DNA from: Lama guanicoe
Taxonomy: Eukaryota
DNA: 64,000 bases
Assembly (NCBI GenBank): GCA_013239625.1
Contig: MU053934.1
Span: forward strand, 1,085,285-1,149,284
Direction: 5' to 3'
Numbering within the stretch: the stretch's first letter is position 1; each line of letters starts with the position of its first letter. Below, piece by piece: positions 13,001 to 24,011 of this stretch. The notes under the pieces were generated by a model. It was not told the DNA's origin. It worked only from the letters and a program-made list of their open reading frames with translations, and made no database searches. Position numbers and translations under genes: made by a program.

Positions 13001-14502
13001 ATCATATACAAAACTCTGAACTTGGTACCTTGAAAGTTCTCACCTTTGCTAACTCAACAAACACTTACCAAGCAATCTTACTGAAGATTAAAAAGTAGTC
13101 TGGTATGGTTTCAGCCCTCTAGCTGCTCACCATGTGGTGGAGGAGACAGATCTACAAGTAAATCATGGAGGTGAAAGTCTATAGCGTCCATCCGTAGTAC
13201 GTATCTAACCTGGCAACAGTGCAGGCATTGGAGAGAGTGGATGGTTCTACTTGGCTGTAATATCCGGGGAGGCTTCGAAAAGGTGATGCTTGAGATAAGC
13301 CTAGAGAGATTGCTTCCAAAGGGTGAAAAGAAAGGGAATTGCGTGCAGAAATAAAAGTAAGAATAAAAGTAAGCTGACATGAAGGGAAACAGAGGCCATG
13401 GTGCAAATCTCAAGCATGGGGTGGGAGGCAGGTGAATTCAGAATCTGGTTGGGAAATCATCATAAGCAATTACATGCAGTGTCAGCTAACATAGGTTTAA
13501 GCCATATAAATCCCCTTGCTCCATGTGACCCAGCCCTGCACAGACCCACATTCAAGGAGTCTGGTTGCCAAGAGGTAGTTAATGGCAATCTATTTTTTTT
13601 CCCAGCTGTCTTACTTTAAAATGTCCAATAATTCCTAACACTTTTTTTTTTTTGGTTTTGTTTTGTGTCCATCTCCCCAGAGTCTCACACTCAGCCCCTA
13701 CAAAACATTCCCTTCTCTCTACTCCCGAAGTCCCTGCACGCAACTCCTCCTTCCTCCACATCAGCCACAACCACCCGCCAGGCACCTGCTTGGCTCACAA
13801 CTGCCGGCCAGACCAGGTACGGAAATAACATGGAATTCTCAACCTTGTTGTGCTACAAAACAGCCCAGAAGAGACCCTGATGCGCTGGTGGAGCTAAAGT
13901 GGTTTTGAAGAAAAAGAAGCTACCTCTAGCTCAGGGGCTCATAGAAGGCCTCGGGCAGCAGCTGGCACAGGAGTTGGAATTAATCGGTTTGAGAGAATTT
14001 GGACAGATGGAAAAGGAGAAAGAGGCCATTTGGGGGCAGGAGGATGGAGGGTAATGGACTCAACATTGATACCTCATCTCCATGCACTGGGGACGGTTGG
14101 GTTCCCTTTGCTCTCAGCGTGCCTGAGCCACAGGTTTCCTGACCAGTCTCAGCATTTTGGAGGTGGAAGGAACCTCAGATACCGCATTGTCCTGCCCACT
14201 GGCTTTAACGATAAAATTAAGGCCCAGAGAGAAAAGGTATACCCAGATTCTTGCTTAATTCCAAAATTTACTTTTCCCAAGACTTACTTCTTTGACCAGA
14301 GTTCCAATCTAGGTTCATTACCCCCCAGGAAGCCGTGACGTTACTGGTCATGAGTGTGCATATATAGTCATAAAAATTGTATGAAATAGGCAGGTGTGTG
14401 TTTGTGTCTTCCTTTTAAAAAGGACTGACTCCCTGGGGTGTGTCTTTCAGGATTCGCTTTACCAGGGATGGAAAAGAGGGGAAGGCAATATGGAATGAGA
14501 GG

Positions 14503-14632
14503 TTTTTTAAAAAAATTTTTTGGCAGGAGGAAGTAATTGGGTTTATTTATTTTTAGAGGAGGTACTGGGGATTGAACCCAGGACCTTGTGTATGCTAAGT
14601 GTGCACTATACTGCTTGAGCTATACCCTCCCC
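14503..14632 (-). mobile_element. tRNA-derived SINE (camelid Vic-1-like)
   Basis: Minus strand ggggagggtatagctcaagc (A box)...ggtcctgggttcaatcccc (B box), A-rich tail; TSD gaatgagag at 14493-14501 and 14635-14643. Confidence 0.85.
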
Positions 14633-14654
14633 TTGAATGAGAGTTTTCAGGGTT

Positions 14655-14830
14655 GGGATGAATGCTAATTCTACCTTGGCTCTGCTTCTTACCAGTGTTG
14701 TGGTGTTGCCCAAATCACTTAGCGTCTCTGAGCCTCAGTTTCCCAATCTATAAAATAGAATGTGTAGTCGCACCTTCCTCCCTGTGTTGTCGTAAGTCTC
14801 AAACATGCACAAAGTACCTGGAAGAGGAAC
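14655..14830 (+). mobile_element. MIR SINE fragment
   Basis: aaatcacttagcgtctctgagcctcagtttcccaatctataaaatag. Confidence 0.7.
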
Positions 14831-16589
14831 TGACACTGAATTCCCCTGCTCGGTCGCGGGTGGCTAATATTATTAATTTCGTTGAACAAACAAATTTTGC
14901 AGGCACCTGGCAGCAAAGACATTCTAATATGCTCAGTGTCCACTTTAATCTCACTTACTGTGTTTATTTTGTCTTCTGGGCCAAGGTCACTATTGACGGG
15001 CAAGGGGTTCAGGTGGCAGCAGCAGCCACCTGGGGTCTTCAGACTGGTTCCTTCCCCCAGACGGCCATGCCACACAGCCCTCAGCGGGGGTGGAGGGCAG
15101 GGCTCTGTCAAATGCACCTGGCGTGGAGTGTGTGGGCAGCAGAGTTTGCACAGCCTCCGTCCTGGCTGGGCGAGGTGAGCTGGCAGATGTGGGCTCCCAC
15201 ACACATGTTGCCCAGGAGAGAAGCAGTCACTGGTGTCGGGATTTGCTAATTGCGCTGCCTCCTAGCACATTTTCACACAGCCCTGGAACAGCTCTGGCAG
15301 TTAACAAAGGATGCTTCCTGCCTCTCATTTTGTGGCGATTTTTCCCCCAGGGACAAAGCCTGGCTCAGTTATGAGATCTGGTTTTCAGAAAAAGGCTCTA
15401 GTGCTGTGCCTGGTTTTCCAGCTGGGCTGCTCTCAGACTAGAAAGAAGATCAACTTGGCCAAATCCACCTGGCAGCCCAGGAGCTCAGGAGCGCTGCTCC
15501 TTCCATTTGAACACCAGTTTCTTCCACTAAACCTTCTCTTTCAAAAGTAAGACATATTGATGATTTAGCTCATTCTATGCCAGAGAACTCACAAAAATAC
15601 CTGCACATCTTATAATCTAGCGTGTCTGCTACAGTATTTCTGCCTCTATCTTCCAAGCATGGCTGTGTTTCACCTTGGGAAGGGATAGCATTTGCACAAG
15701 TGGATTTTGTTTCTTGGGGCTCAGACACCTTGTGTGTAAAATGTGGATAATACAGCCTATTCCTTCACAAGGTGAAGATGAAAGGAGTTAAATTATGTAA
15801 ATTACTTGATACTGCGCCTGGAGCATCGTAAGTTTTCATTAAATGTCCCTGCTATTATTTCATGTAACTTGTTGCAGAACAAATAAAGTCACATCTCTTT
15901 TAATATTTCTCAAGCTTCCTATATGCCCAGATTGCCGAGAAGCCCAGAGTTTCCTGCAGGGGGCCCTCTCCGTTGCTCCTGAATGGTCCGAGAATGCTTA
16001 ATCAGCACAAAGGAAGCAGCCCGGTTTGCAGATGATTTGCAGAGAACTCGAGAATCCAACCAGCAGGTGAGCCTCCATTTTTCCCTGCTCTTGCTTCATA
16101 CAGGATTAACCTTGAATTGGACCCACGTTGTCTCATGAGCCCATGAATTGCTGCAGTGATGCCAATGCTGGTCCAGCAGTGGTTTTTCTAGGATATGTAG
16201 TGGCGGGCAAGACAGTCTCCATCCCCAGTGGGATGCAGGTCTTTGGTCCAGGATGCCACCTCAGAACTCTCCTTCAGATATGGTGACCCTTGAACTGCAG
16301 ACACTTCTACTGATCCTCGTGTGGGTTATAGCTGTTTAGTGTTAGCTTCGCTGGGGCCCATGCAATCATCAGAGAGGTCCTAATAACGCTGAAACTTACC
16401 ATGCTATCCATGGGCTCCTTAGCCTCCATGCAGATACACTCTCCATCACCCAGTGACTGGCTTGTATATTGCCACTGATACTGTTCTTTATCTTTATATG
16501 CTATTTCCCCAACTAGAGCTCAAACATATTGGTATTTGAGAGGGAAAAAAGTAACAGGGTCAAGTTGAGGGACTCAGAACACTGTGGAG

Positions 16590-16820
16590 AGGAACTGTGC
16601 AGACTCAGAATCCAGACAGTCTGTGTTCTAATGTAGTTGCCTCCTGTGCACCCTTGGGCAATTTACTCAACCTCTCGGTGTCTCCATCCCTGCATCTGAA
16701 AAATAGGATTTCCAATGATAACTCATAGGCTTGTAGGGAGGATTAAATTTTTTGATACACGCAGAGCACTGAGAACAATGCTTGGCAACTACAAAGCACT
16801 CCATAAAGGCGATCTATTAG
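16590..16820 (+). mobile_element. MIR SINE
   Basis: ccttgggcaatttactcaacctctcggtgtctccatccctgcatctgaaaaatagg. Confidence 0.75.
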
Positions 16821-17259
16821 AAATATGAGTCCTAGACCCATCGCTACTTTGCTTTGTGACCACGGGCAATTCATTCAGTCCCTCCAACTTTGGCTTCCTG
16901 GTATGTAAAATGGAACAGATGGGACTCCAGCCATATGCTGAGTCATAAGATCTGGTTTCCAGCCCGAATCTGCCCCTGATCAGCTCTGGATATTAACAAG
17001 TAATTCTGTTTCATCGTGTCTCAGTATTCTCACCTATAGAACAAGAGCGCAGGATCAGATCGTCTCTAGAATCCTGTTAGTCTAAAGATAGATGTTTCTA
17101 TTATCTCAATCTGTTGCTGAGTACAGCTTAATATCAATGATCCTTTAAACCCCTAATGTAGTTTTTATTGTTCATATATAATTACAATTACTGCATGGGG
17201 TTGTATCAAATGGAAGTACACGTAAAGTCTCATTTGCTACTTACGAGCATCCTATAAGA

Positions 17260-17490
17260 GCATAATACTGGTGAGAACCACTGACATCATGTGCCACATT
17301 CTGTGTTAAAGACTGCACATGCCCTACCTCCTTTAAGCTTCACACTGGCGTGGTGAGTTAGCTAGTATGTATCCTTACTCCCTGTTCTGATGAGGAAACC
17401 GAGGCTCAGAGGTTCAAGCCATATGCTCAGTGGTACACACCTAGCAAGTGATGGAGCTGGGGTTCAAGGATGAGCCTCTCTGACCCAGGA
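17260..17490 (-). mobile_element. MIR SINE
   Basis: ctgatgaggaaaccgaggctcagaggttc...tggagctggggttcaag. Confidence 0.75.
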
Positions 17491-19624
17491 GGACACCGCT
17501 GTTCTGCAGATGGGCAGTTATTAATGAACCTGGCTTTCCGAGGGAGACTCTGAGCTCAGCCAGCAAATAATGTGCCCAAGTTCACTTGTAAGTTAGCGAC
17601 GCAGCAGAGACAAGAAGCCAGGCTTTTCCTTCCCTGTCTGGAGTGTTCTACGCCCTGCAGCCTCTCAAACCAGCTAGCTTGTGGAATCAATGAATACAAA
17701 TGAGGGCTGATTTGTATTCATTTTCCACTAACTGGCAGATTTACACACTCTTGGCTGCACACCTCCAACAAACACATTCTCGTGCAGATACTGTCTGGGC
17801 TTCAGGGACCTGCCCTCTCTCTCTGACTCACTCTCTGGCCCTGGGAAACTAATAAAATCGCACCCTCTGTGTGCTTCTCAGAAACAGACTCCAAAGGGCC
17901 TCAGTCAGCACTGGCGGGGCAGTGACAGACGCTACTGCCTTCCCTAATAGGAAAACCAAAGATGGAGGTCCCTGAGTGCAGATGACAGACCACACAAGAC
18001 AGAGCAAACCATGATAAATTCCAGGACCAGCAGCAGTTGTGTGAGGCTTTGAAAGGAAGTCCCCAGGCTACTTAAATGTGGAATAATATAGAAATTAAGT
18101 AGTGCAGCATTGGGGGAGGGAGGGAGGAATTCCTGTGTTCCCTCTGTTTAACGTTTTTGCATTCATGGGGTACCTGGCATTTTGGTCCCAGGTCTTAGGC
18201 AATATCCTTGAAGGAGAAACTCAAATAGGAAGCTCTGTTCTGCTTGAAATAAGAGAATAAAGATTTTATTGGAAAAATTAGTAAATTCATTAATGAAAGA
18301 TAAGTTATCGAGCTGAAGGGCCAGATACAGGCTTAGCACACAGTGTGAGTTCAATGGATGTTTGTTGAATTAATACATCTCTTCTTTTAATCACGTAGCT
18401 CCTACGTGGCTGCAGTAATGCCGGGTTAAGTGATAGGATTTACAGGTCGGCCAGTCTGAATCCGAACTTTCAGGCTGCTGCCCACTTGTTCTATCATCCT
18501 AGAAGGGTTACTGTTGACTCTAATCTTCATTTTCTTTATGTGGACATTTATTTGCAGCATGTTTTTGAATATTAAGTGAAACCTATATAAAATAATTCAG
18601 TAAATACCAGGTCCATTTTGACAGATTTGAGCACTTCAACCACAGGAATGCAACTGAGAAGAGTTGCTTTAAGCTGTACATACCCTTTGTTCATGCTTTC
18701 ATTCAACAAACCTGTCTTTTGGGGAAGCAGGTCTGGCCTTCCCCTCAGACTGGAGGGAACGTGTAAGTCAGCTGTGAAGAGCAAGGTTCAACCTGAACAC
18801 AGTGGACACAGTGTGACTGGGGAATGGTTCTAAGTTGGAAGCCTTGCATGTTGATGTAGTTGTCTTTTGGGGGCCAGAGAGCAAAGTCCTATCCCTACAC
18901 ATGGGGTTGGGCTTCCCTGAAAGCAGGGGACAATCTGCCAATCTAATGAGAAGCTGTAGATCGTGGGGGTGGGAATGTGGATGCAGAAGGTGGTCCCTGA
19001 TCTGGATGAGAATAGAACCTCTTCTTCCTTCTAACCACTGGGCACCTGGGGCTTCAGGACTGGGAATGGGGACATGCACAAGGATGCTCTCATGGTGGAA
19101 AGAAAGGGTATCCATGGTCCTTCGACTGTGAATATAGCCTGGAAGCTAGTCAAGGAGAAACCCAGTGAAAAGTTTCATAGGGCAGGTGTGCAGAGCCACA
19201 TCTCAGAGGTTTGAGTTCCACAATGTGCTAGTGTAGTTAATGTAAATATGAGTTTTGAGCTACTCATGTGAATGTGATGACAGTGTGCCTTCCCAGCTAG
19301 GAAGTCCAGGAAAGCTACCAACAGAGAGGCTACGTTCATTTTTACTTCATGGGCATTGAGAATTGCATTAACAGACTTAATTTCTGTAATCACACAGGCT
19401 TCTAGAAAGCTTGGAGGAAAATTTTTGACCAACTCCAATATTCATTGAAAAAATGTTGACTCAGTGCCTACTCTGAGCCAGATTTTCAATGTCTGCTTCC
19501 TGGCTGCACTGTTTTTTTCCTCTCTTTTTAAATTTTGTTTCTAATTTATGCTATCTTGTCTTTTTTATGTTCTCTTGTAAGACGCCTGAAATTCTTTCTG
19601 AAACAAGGCAGGGTATAATTAAAC

Positions 19625-20100
19625 ACTGTGATACAACTGCCGAAGGAAGCTGACACCATCTTAAGACACATTAATCATCATTTCTTCCATTCAAAGAGTT
19701 TTACAATTTACAAAGAAATTTTTATATCTGTTATTTCACCTGATTTGCATAGCAGCACTCTGAGGTAAACAGGGATTATTTTCCCCACTTTATCAAACAG
19801 GAAGTTGAGTCTCAGTGTAGTTAAAAGAATTGCTTCCAGTGGGTGGATCCTGCACTTGAATCCATTACAATCACACTTACTCCAGTTTTCTTCCCATTAC
19901 ACCAAGCTGAGCCATGTATATAGAATGTAACAGTCTCCCTGTACCCAAAGAGACCAGACCACATCTGGAGTGTGGTGTTCAGTTCTGTAAGCTTCGTTAT
20001 ATTTGTGCAGGAGGATTACCAACGTGATGAAGTGCCTGGATGCCATGTCACATGGGAATTTATCAAATGGCCTGGGAATAAGCCTGAAGGATAGAATTCT
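19625..20100 (+). mobile_element. L3/CR1 LINE fragment, interrupted by a minus-strand MIR at about 19690-19905
   Basis: ccagaccacatctggagtgtggtgttcagttctg (CR1 RPHLEY.VQFW motif); gctgacaccatcttaagacacattaa upstream. Confidence 0.65.
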
Positions 20101-20224
20101 AGGGTAGGCATGTTACCTGACTTAAAGGATTGCACCATCTTGCAGGGCACTCATTCTTAAATTCTTCAGATTTTGAGCTGATGGATAGCTGACAGAGGAA
20201 GCCCATGAGGTTGTACCAGCCTAT

Positions 20225-21263
20225 TGATAGCCTCTCCAACATCCATTCTGCCTGTGTCAGCAAAGACAATTTTGATTTCACAAGTGGAAATCCCAACTCA
20301 GCAGTTAAATAATCAGGGTATCAGGAGTCGTGGGTGGGGAAGGGTCCAGGCAGGGCACTGCCAGGAGCTCGACAGCATTGCTGGTAGCCAGGTCCCTTCC
20401 TTCTCTGTTTTGCTACCAATAGCAGTAACTTCATTCTAAGTCTGACCACTGTTTTTGTCACAAAACAGCTGCTGGTGGCAATCAGGACTATACACTTTCC
20501 TACTTATCTTCCTCAAGGAGAGAGGAAAGCCCCTTCTCTAAGCACAGGATACAATCCTCTTTATCTCATTGGTTCACCTTAGGGTATGGTGCAACCCCAA
20601 GCCAATAGCAGTCACCAGGGGAGTTCCATGCACTGATCGCGTTAGGCTAATCAGGAATTAACCATGAAACTGGCCCAGGGATAGAGTGTCTTCCTCTGGG
20701 TCACATGAACTGCGTGGACAGTGAGTAAAATGGACACGAATAAAATCTGGTTTCTGCTGGAAGGTTAGAAGGGCTGTAGAGCTGCCAACTGTGTTCATTA
20801 TGCTCGCCTTCCCATAGTCTTGGAGCACTTGACTTGGGTTCAGTCCGCCACCATATTTCACTATCCTGGCCCCATGAATTATTAGGTCTTAAGCCCATCT
20901 AGTCAGAGTAAGCCTCATGTCTTTTGCTTGATTGGCTGGAATAAGAGCTCTTTCTCTCTTCCTCTGTGTAATGATGGTGTGTGGCTAGAAGACCCTAGAA
21001 CTGCTCTTTTTTTTTTTTTCCTTATTACAAAGGAAAAGCAGCCTGAGGAGGGTGCTGACACATGGAAGATGTCAGGGCGAGGAGAATTCCTGCGAAATGG
21101 AACAGAATCCTGGGGACACTATGGATTTCTGACTCAAACTATACCTGAAACTCACCCTAAGGCCGACTTTCTCAATTACTGAGTTGAAAAAGCCTCATTA
21201 TTTAAAAATCCAACTTCAATTGTACTTTCCATTTCTTGAAACATGGAGAATCCTTACTGACAC
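20225..21263. mobile_element. Old MaLR LTRs (MLT1J/K/L-like): plus-strand LTR interrupted by a minus-strand LTR at about 20270-20790
   Basis: ctcattggttcaccttagggtatggtgcaaccccaagccaat (minus MLT1 motif); plus 3' end atacctgaaact...gaatccttactgacaca. Confidence 0.55.
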
Positions 21264-21269
21264 AGCAGA

Positions 21270-21482
21270 ATCCAGTTAAATCAATTGAAAATGTTTCTAA
21301 TCAACAGAACTGCCTACAAAATGAAACAGGCTGCATCCTGTGCTCTTCTGTCTTCCATCATTGGAGGTGTTCATGCAGAGACTGGCCAACCATCTGTCCA
21401 GGAGGCTATAAAAAAGATTTCTACATTGATGGGAAGCTGAAAAACTACCTTCTAAGAACTCTTCCAATTCCAATATGCTAAT
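21270..21482 (+). mobile_element. L3/CR1 (or MIR3) 3' end
   Basis: aaatgaaacaggctgc...ccatcattggaggtgttcatgcagagactggccaaccatctg...ccttctaagaactcttccaattcc. Confidence 0.65.
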
Positions 21483-21854
21483 ACCCCTATTAAGTCAAGA
21501 AGGAAATAGAAAGTGTGCTAAACCATGTATAGTAGAATCTAAATCAAAGCTACTTGGATGAAAGATAAAGTCTTTTCCTCTAAAGCAGAACTAGAGAAGA
21601 GGCAGGATTCATTCATTTGTTCTTTGATTCATTGATTTATTTCAATAAATGTGCATTTGATCTCCAACTATATGCTAAGCACCAAAGATAGAGGAATAAA
21701 CAATAACCAAGAGCTTATTTTCATATAACTGACATTCTAGTGGTCATGCTGTAGTGGAAAGACACGGGCTTTGTGTTGAGAAATATCTGAATGACAGTCA
21801 AAGCCACTATTAGGCAAGTAACCCTGAATTGGCTTCTCTGATCTTCAATTTCTT

Positions 21855-22467
21855 TTTTTTATTGAGTTATAGTCAGTTTACAATGTTGTATCAATTTCTG
21901 GTGTATAGCACAATTCTTCGGTCATACATGAATATACATATATTCATTTTCATATTCTTTTTCACCATGAGCTACTACAAGATATTGAATATATTTCCCT
22001 GTGCTATACAGTATAAACTTGTTTATTTATTTTATATATACCTGTCAGTATCTGCAAATCTCAAACTCCTAGTTTATCTCTTCCCGCCCCTCTCCCCACT
22101 GGCAACCACAAGTCTGTATTCTATGTCTGTGAGTCTGTTTCTGTTTTATATATAAGTTCATTTGTCTTCTATTTTAGATTCCACATATGAGTGATATAAT
22201 ATGGTATTTTTCTGTCTCTTTCTGGCTTGCTTCACTTAGAATGACATTCTCCAGGGAAATCCATGTTGCTGCAAATGGCATTATATTGTCATTTTTATGG
22301 CTGAGTAGTACTCCATTGTATAAATATACCACAACTTCTTTATCCAGTCATCTGTTGATGGACATTTAGGTTGTTTCCATGTTTTGACTATTGTAAATAG
22401 TGCTGCTATGAACATTGGGGTGCAGGTGCCTTTTTGAATTAGGGTTCCTTCTAAATATGAGCCCAGG
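21855..22467 (-). mobile_element. 5'-truncated young L1 inserted in a MIR
   Basis: Minus [47 protein letters not shown]; perfect 16-bp TSD tgatcttcaatttctt at 21839-21854 and 22468-22483. Confidence 0.95.
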
Positions 22468-23462
22468 TGATCTTCAATTTCTTCATTGGTCAAATGGGAA
22501 CTGTAACACTGACCTCATATGGTAGCATGAAGGTTACACGAAATAGTGCATATATGTAAAATATCTAATAAACACTAGAAACAAAGCAATTAATCAATAA
22601 ATGGCATGTCCCTTTCATAGCTGGAGCACTAACAGCTAAAAGGGAAAACTCCAGCATTTCATCTTCTGCGTGACTTCCATGAAGCTCAGATATGGTAGAA
22701 AGTGGAAGGTCATGCAGAACTCTGGAAGAAATTGATTTGAAATGGATCCGATCAACATAATTTGAATGAAAGAGGTGAGCAGAGTCCAAGTTCATTTGTC
22801 TATTCATTCAACAAAAATGTATTGAATATCTCTAATGAATCAACAATTATTCTAGGTGCCTGGGACCTAGCAGGGACCATAACAGAAAAGTTCCTTCCCT
22901 CGTAGGGAATACTTCCTTCTACTGGGGGTAGAAATAGAAGAAATAAAATAAAAGGGAATTGTCATAAAGCCACATGGCACTAAATGCTAAATAAGTGGTG
23001 CTGATGACTGGGGCTAAGGAAATGGAGAAGGAGTAGAGGGAGGGACCCAGGTGTTTGGGAGCCAGTGCAGCCTTGAAGGGGAGTTTGGGGAAGATGGAGC
23101 TAAAGGACGGCATGCCTACAGCCCCCGTGGTATTCCTTAGCAAAGGCAAGACTGCAGTTATTGCTCACCAAGTGTGGCATCTATTTTGAAAAAATCTGCA
23201 AAGTGATTGCAGGCGAGGGGTTGTTGATGAACCAGTGCATGGACATGTGGGGAGTAGGGTCATTTTATAATCAAATGGAAGGTTTCAGCTGAGTTCAAAG
23301 CCTGGCTTTACTACTTAGTAGGTTTCTTTGAGCAACTTGTAACCTAGGTCATAGAGCTGGGATGAGGATTAATTGAAAGAAGTTCTGTAAACTCAGTACA
23401 TAGCAAACTTGAAATAAATTGTTGTTGTTGTTACCAGGTTATCACGGCACATTGACCAAGTA

Positions 23463-23944
23463 CAGGCAAACCTCATTTTATTGCATTTCACTTTCCTATG
23501 CTTCACAGATACTGTGTTTTTTTTAACAAATGAAGATTTGTGGCAACTCTATATCCAGCAAGTGTATCAGTGCCATTTTTCCAATGGCAATTGCTTATGT
23601 CATGTCTCTGTCACATTTTGGGCATTCTAGCTATATTTCAGACTTTTTTATTATTAGTGTATTTGTTCTGGAAATCTGTGATCAGTGATCTTTGATGTCA
23701 TCACTACGACTCACTGGAGGCTCACATCATGTTTAGCATTTTTTAGCAATAAATTATTTTTAATTAAGGTATTTACATTGTTTTTAGACACAGTGTTATT
23801 GCACACTTAAAGACTAACATGGAGTATAAACATTACTTTTACATTCACTGGGAAACCAAAAATTTTGTGTAACTCTCTTTATTGCAATATGTGCTTAATT
23901 TTGTGATCTGGAACTAAATCTGTGGTATCTCCAAGGTGTGTCTG
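23463..23944 (+). mobile_element. Internally deleted Tigger1 derivative (TcMar)
   Basis: Starts ta-caggcaaacctcattttattgc and ends atctccaaggtgtgtctg-ta; TA TSD; both Tigger1 termini present, transposase absent. Confidence 0.9.
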
Positions 23945-24011
23945 TATATTCGTTTTTCCATTGTTTCTGTAACGAACTGCCACAAACTTAGCAGCTTAAA
24001 ATCACTATATC

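Noticed and set aside
14560..14632. tRNA-like sequence with A and B boxes
   Set aside because: Has an A-rich tail and TSD and recurs three times in the window, so it is a SINE rather than a tRNA gene
14662..15249. 195-aa plus-strand ORF
   Set aside because: Begins inside a MIR (LSLSFPIYKIE is a typical MIR translation); no recognisable domain; likely chance
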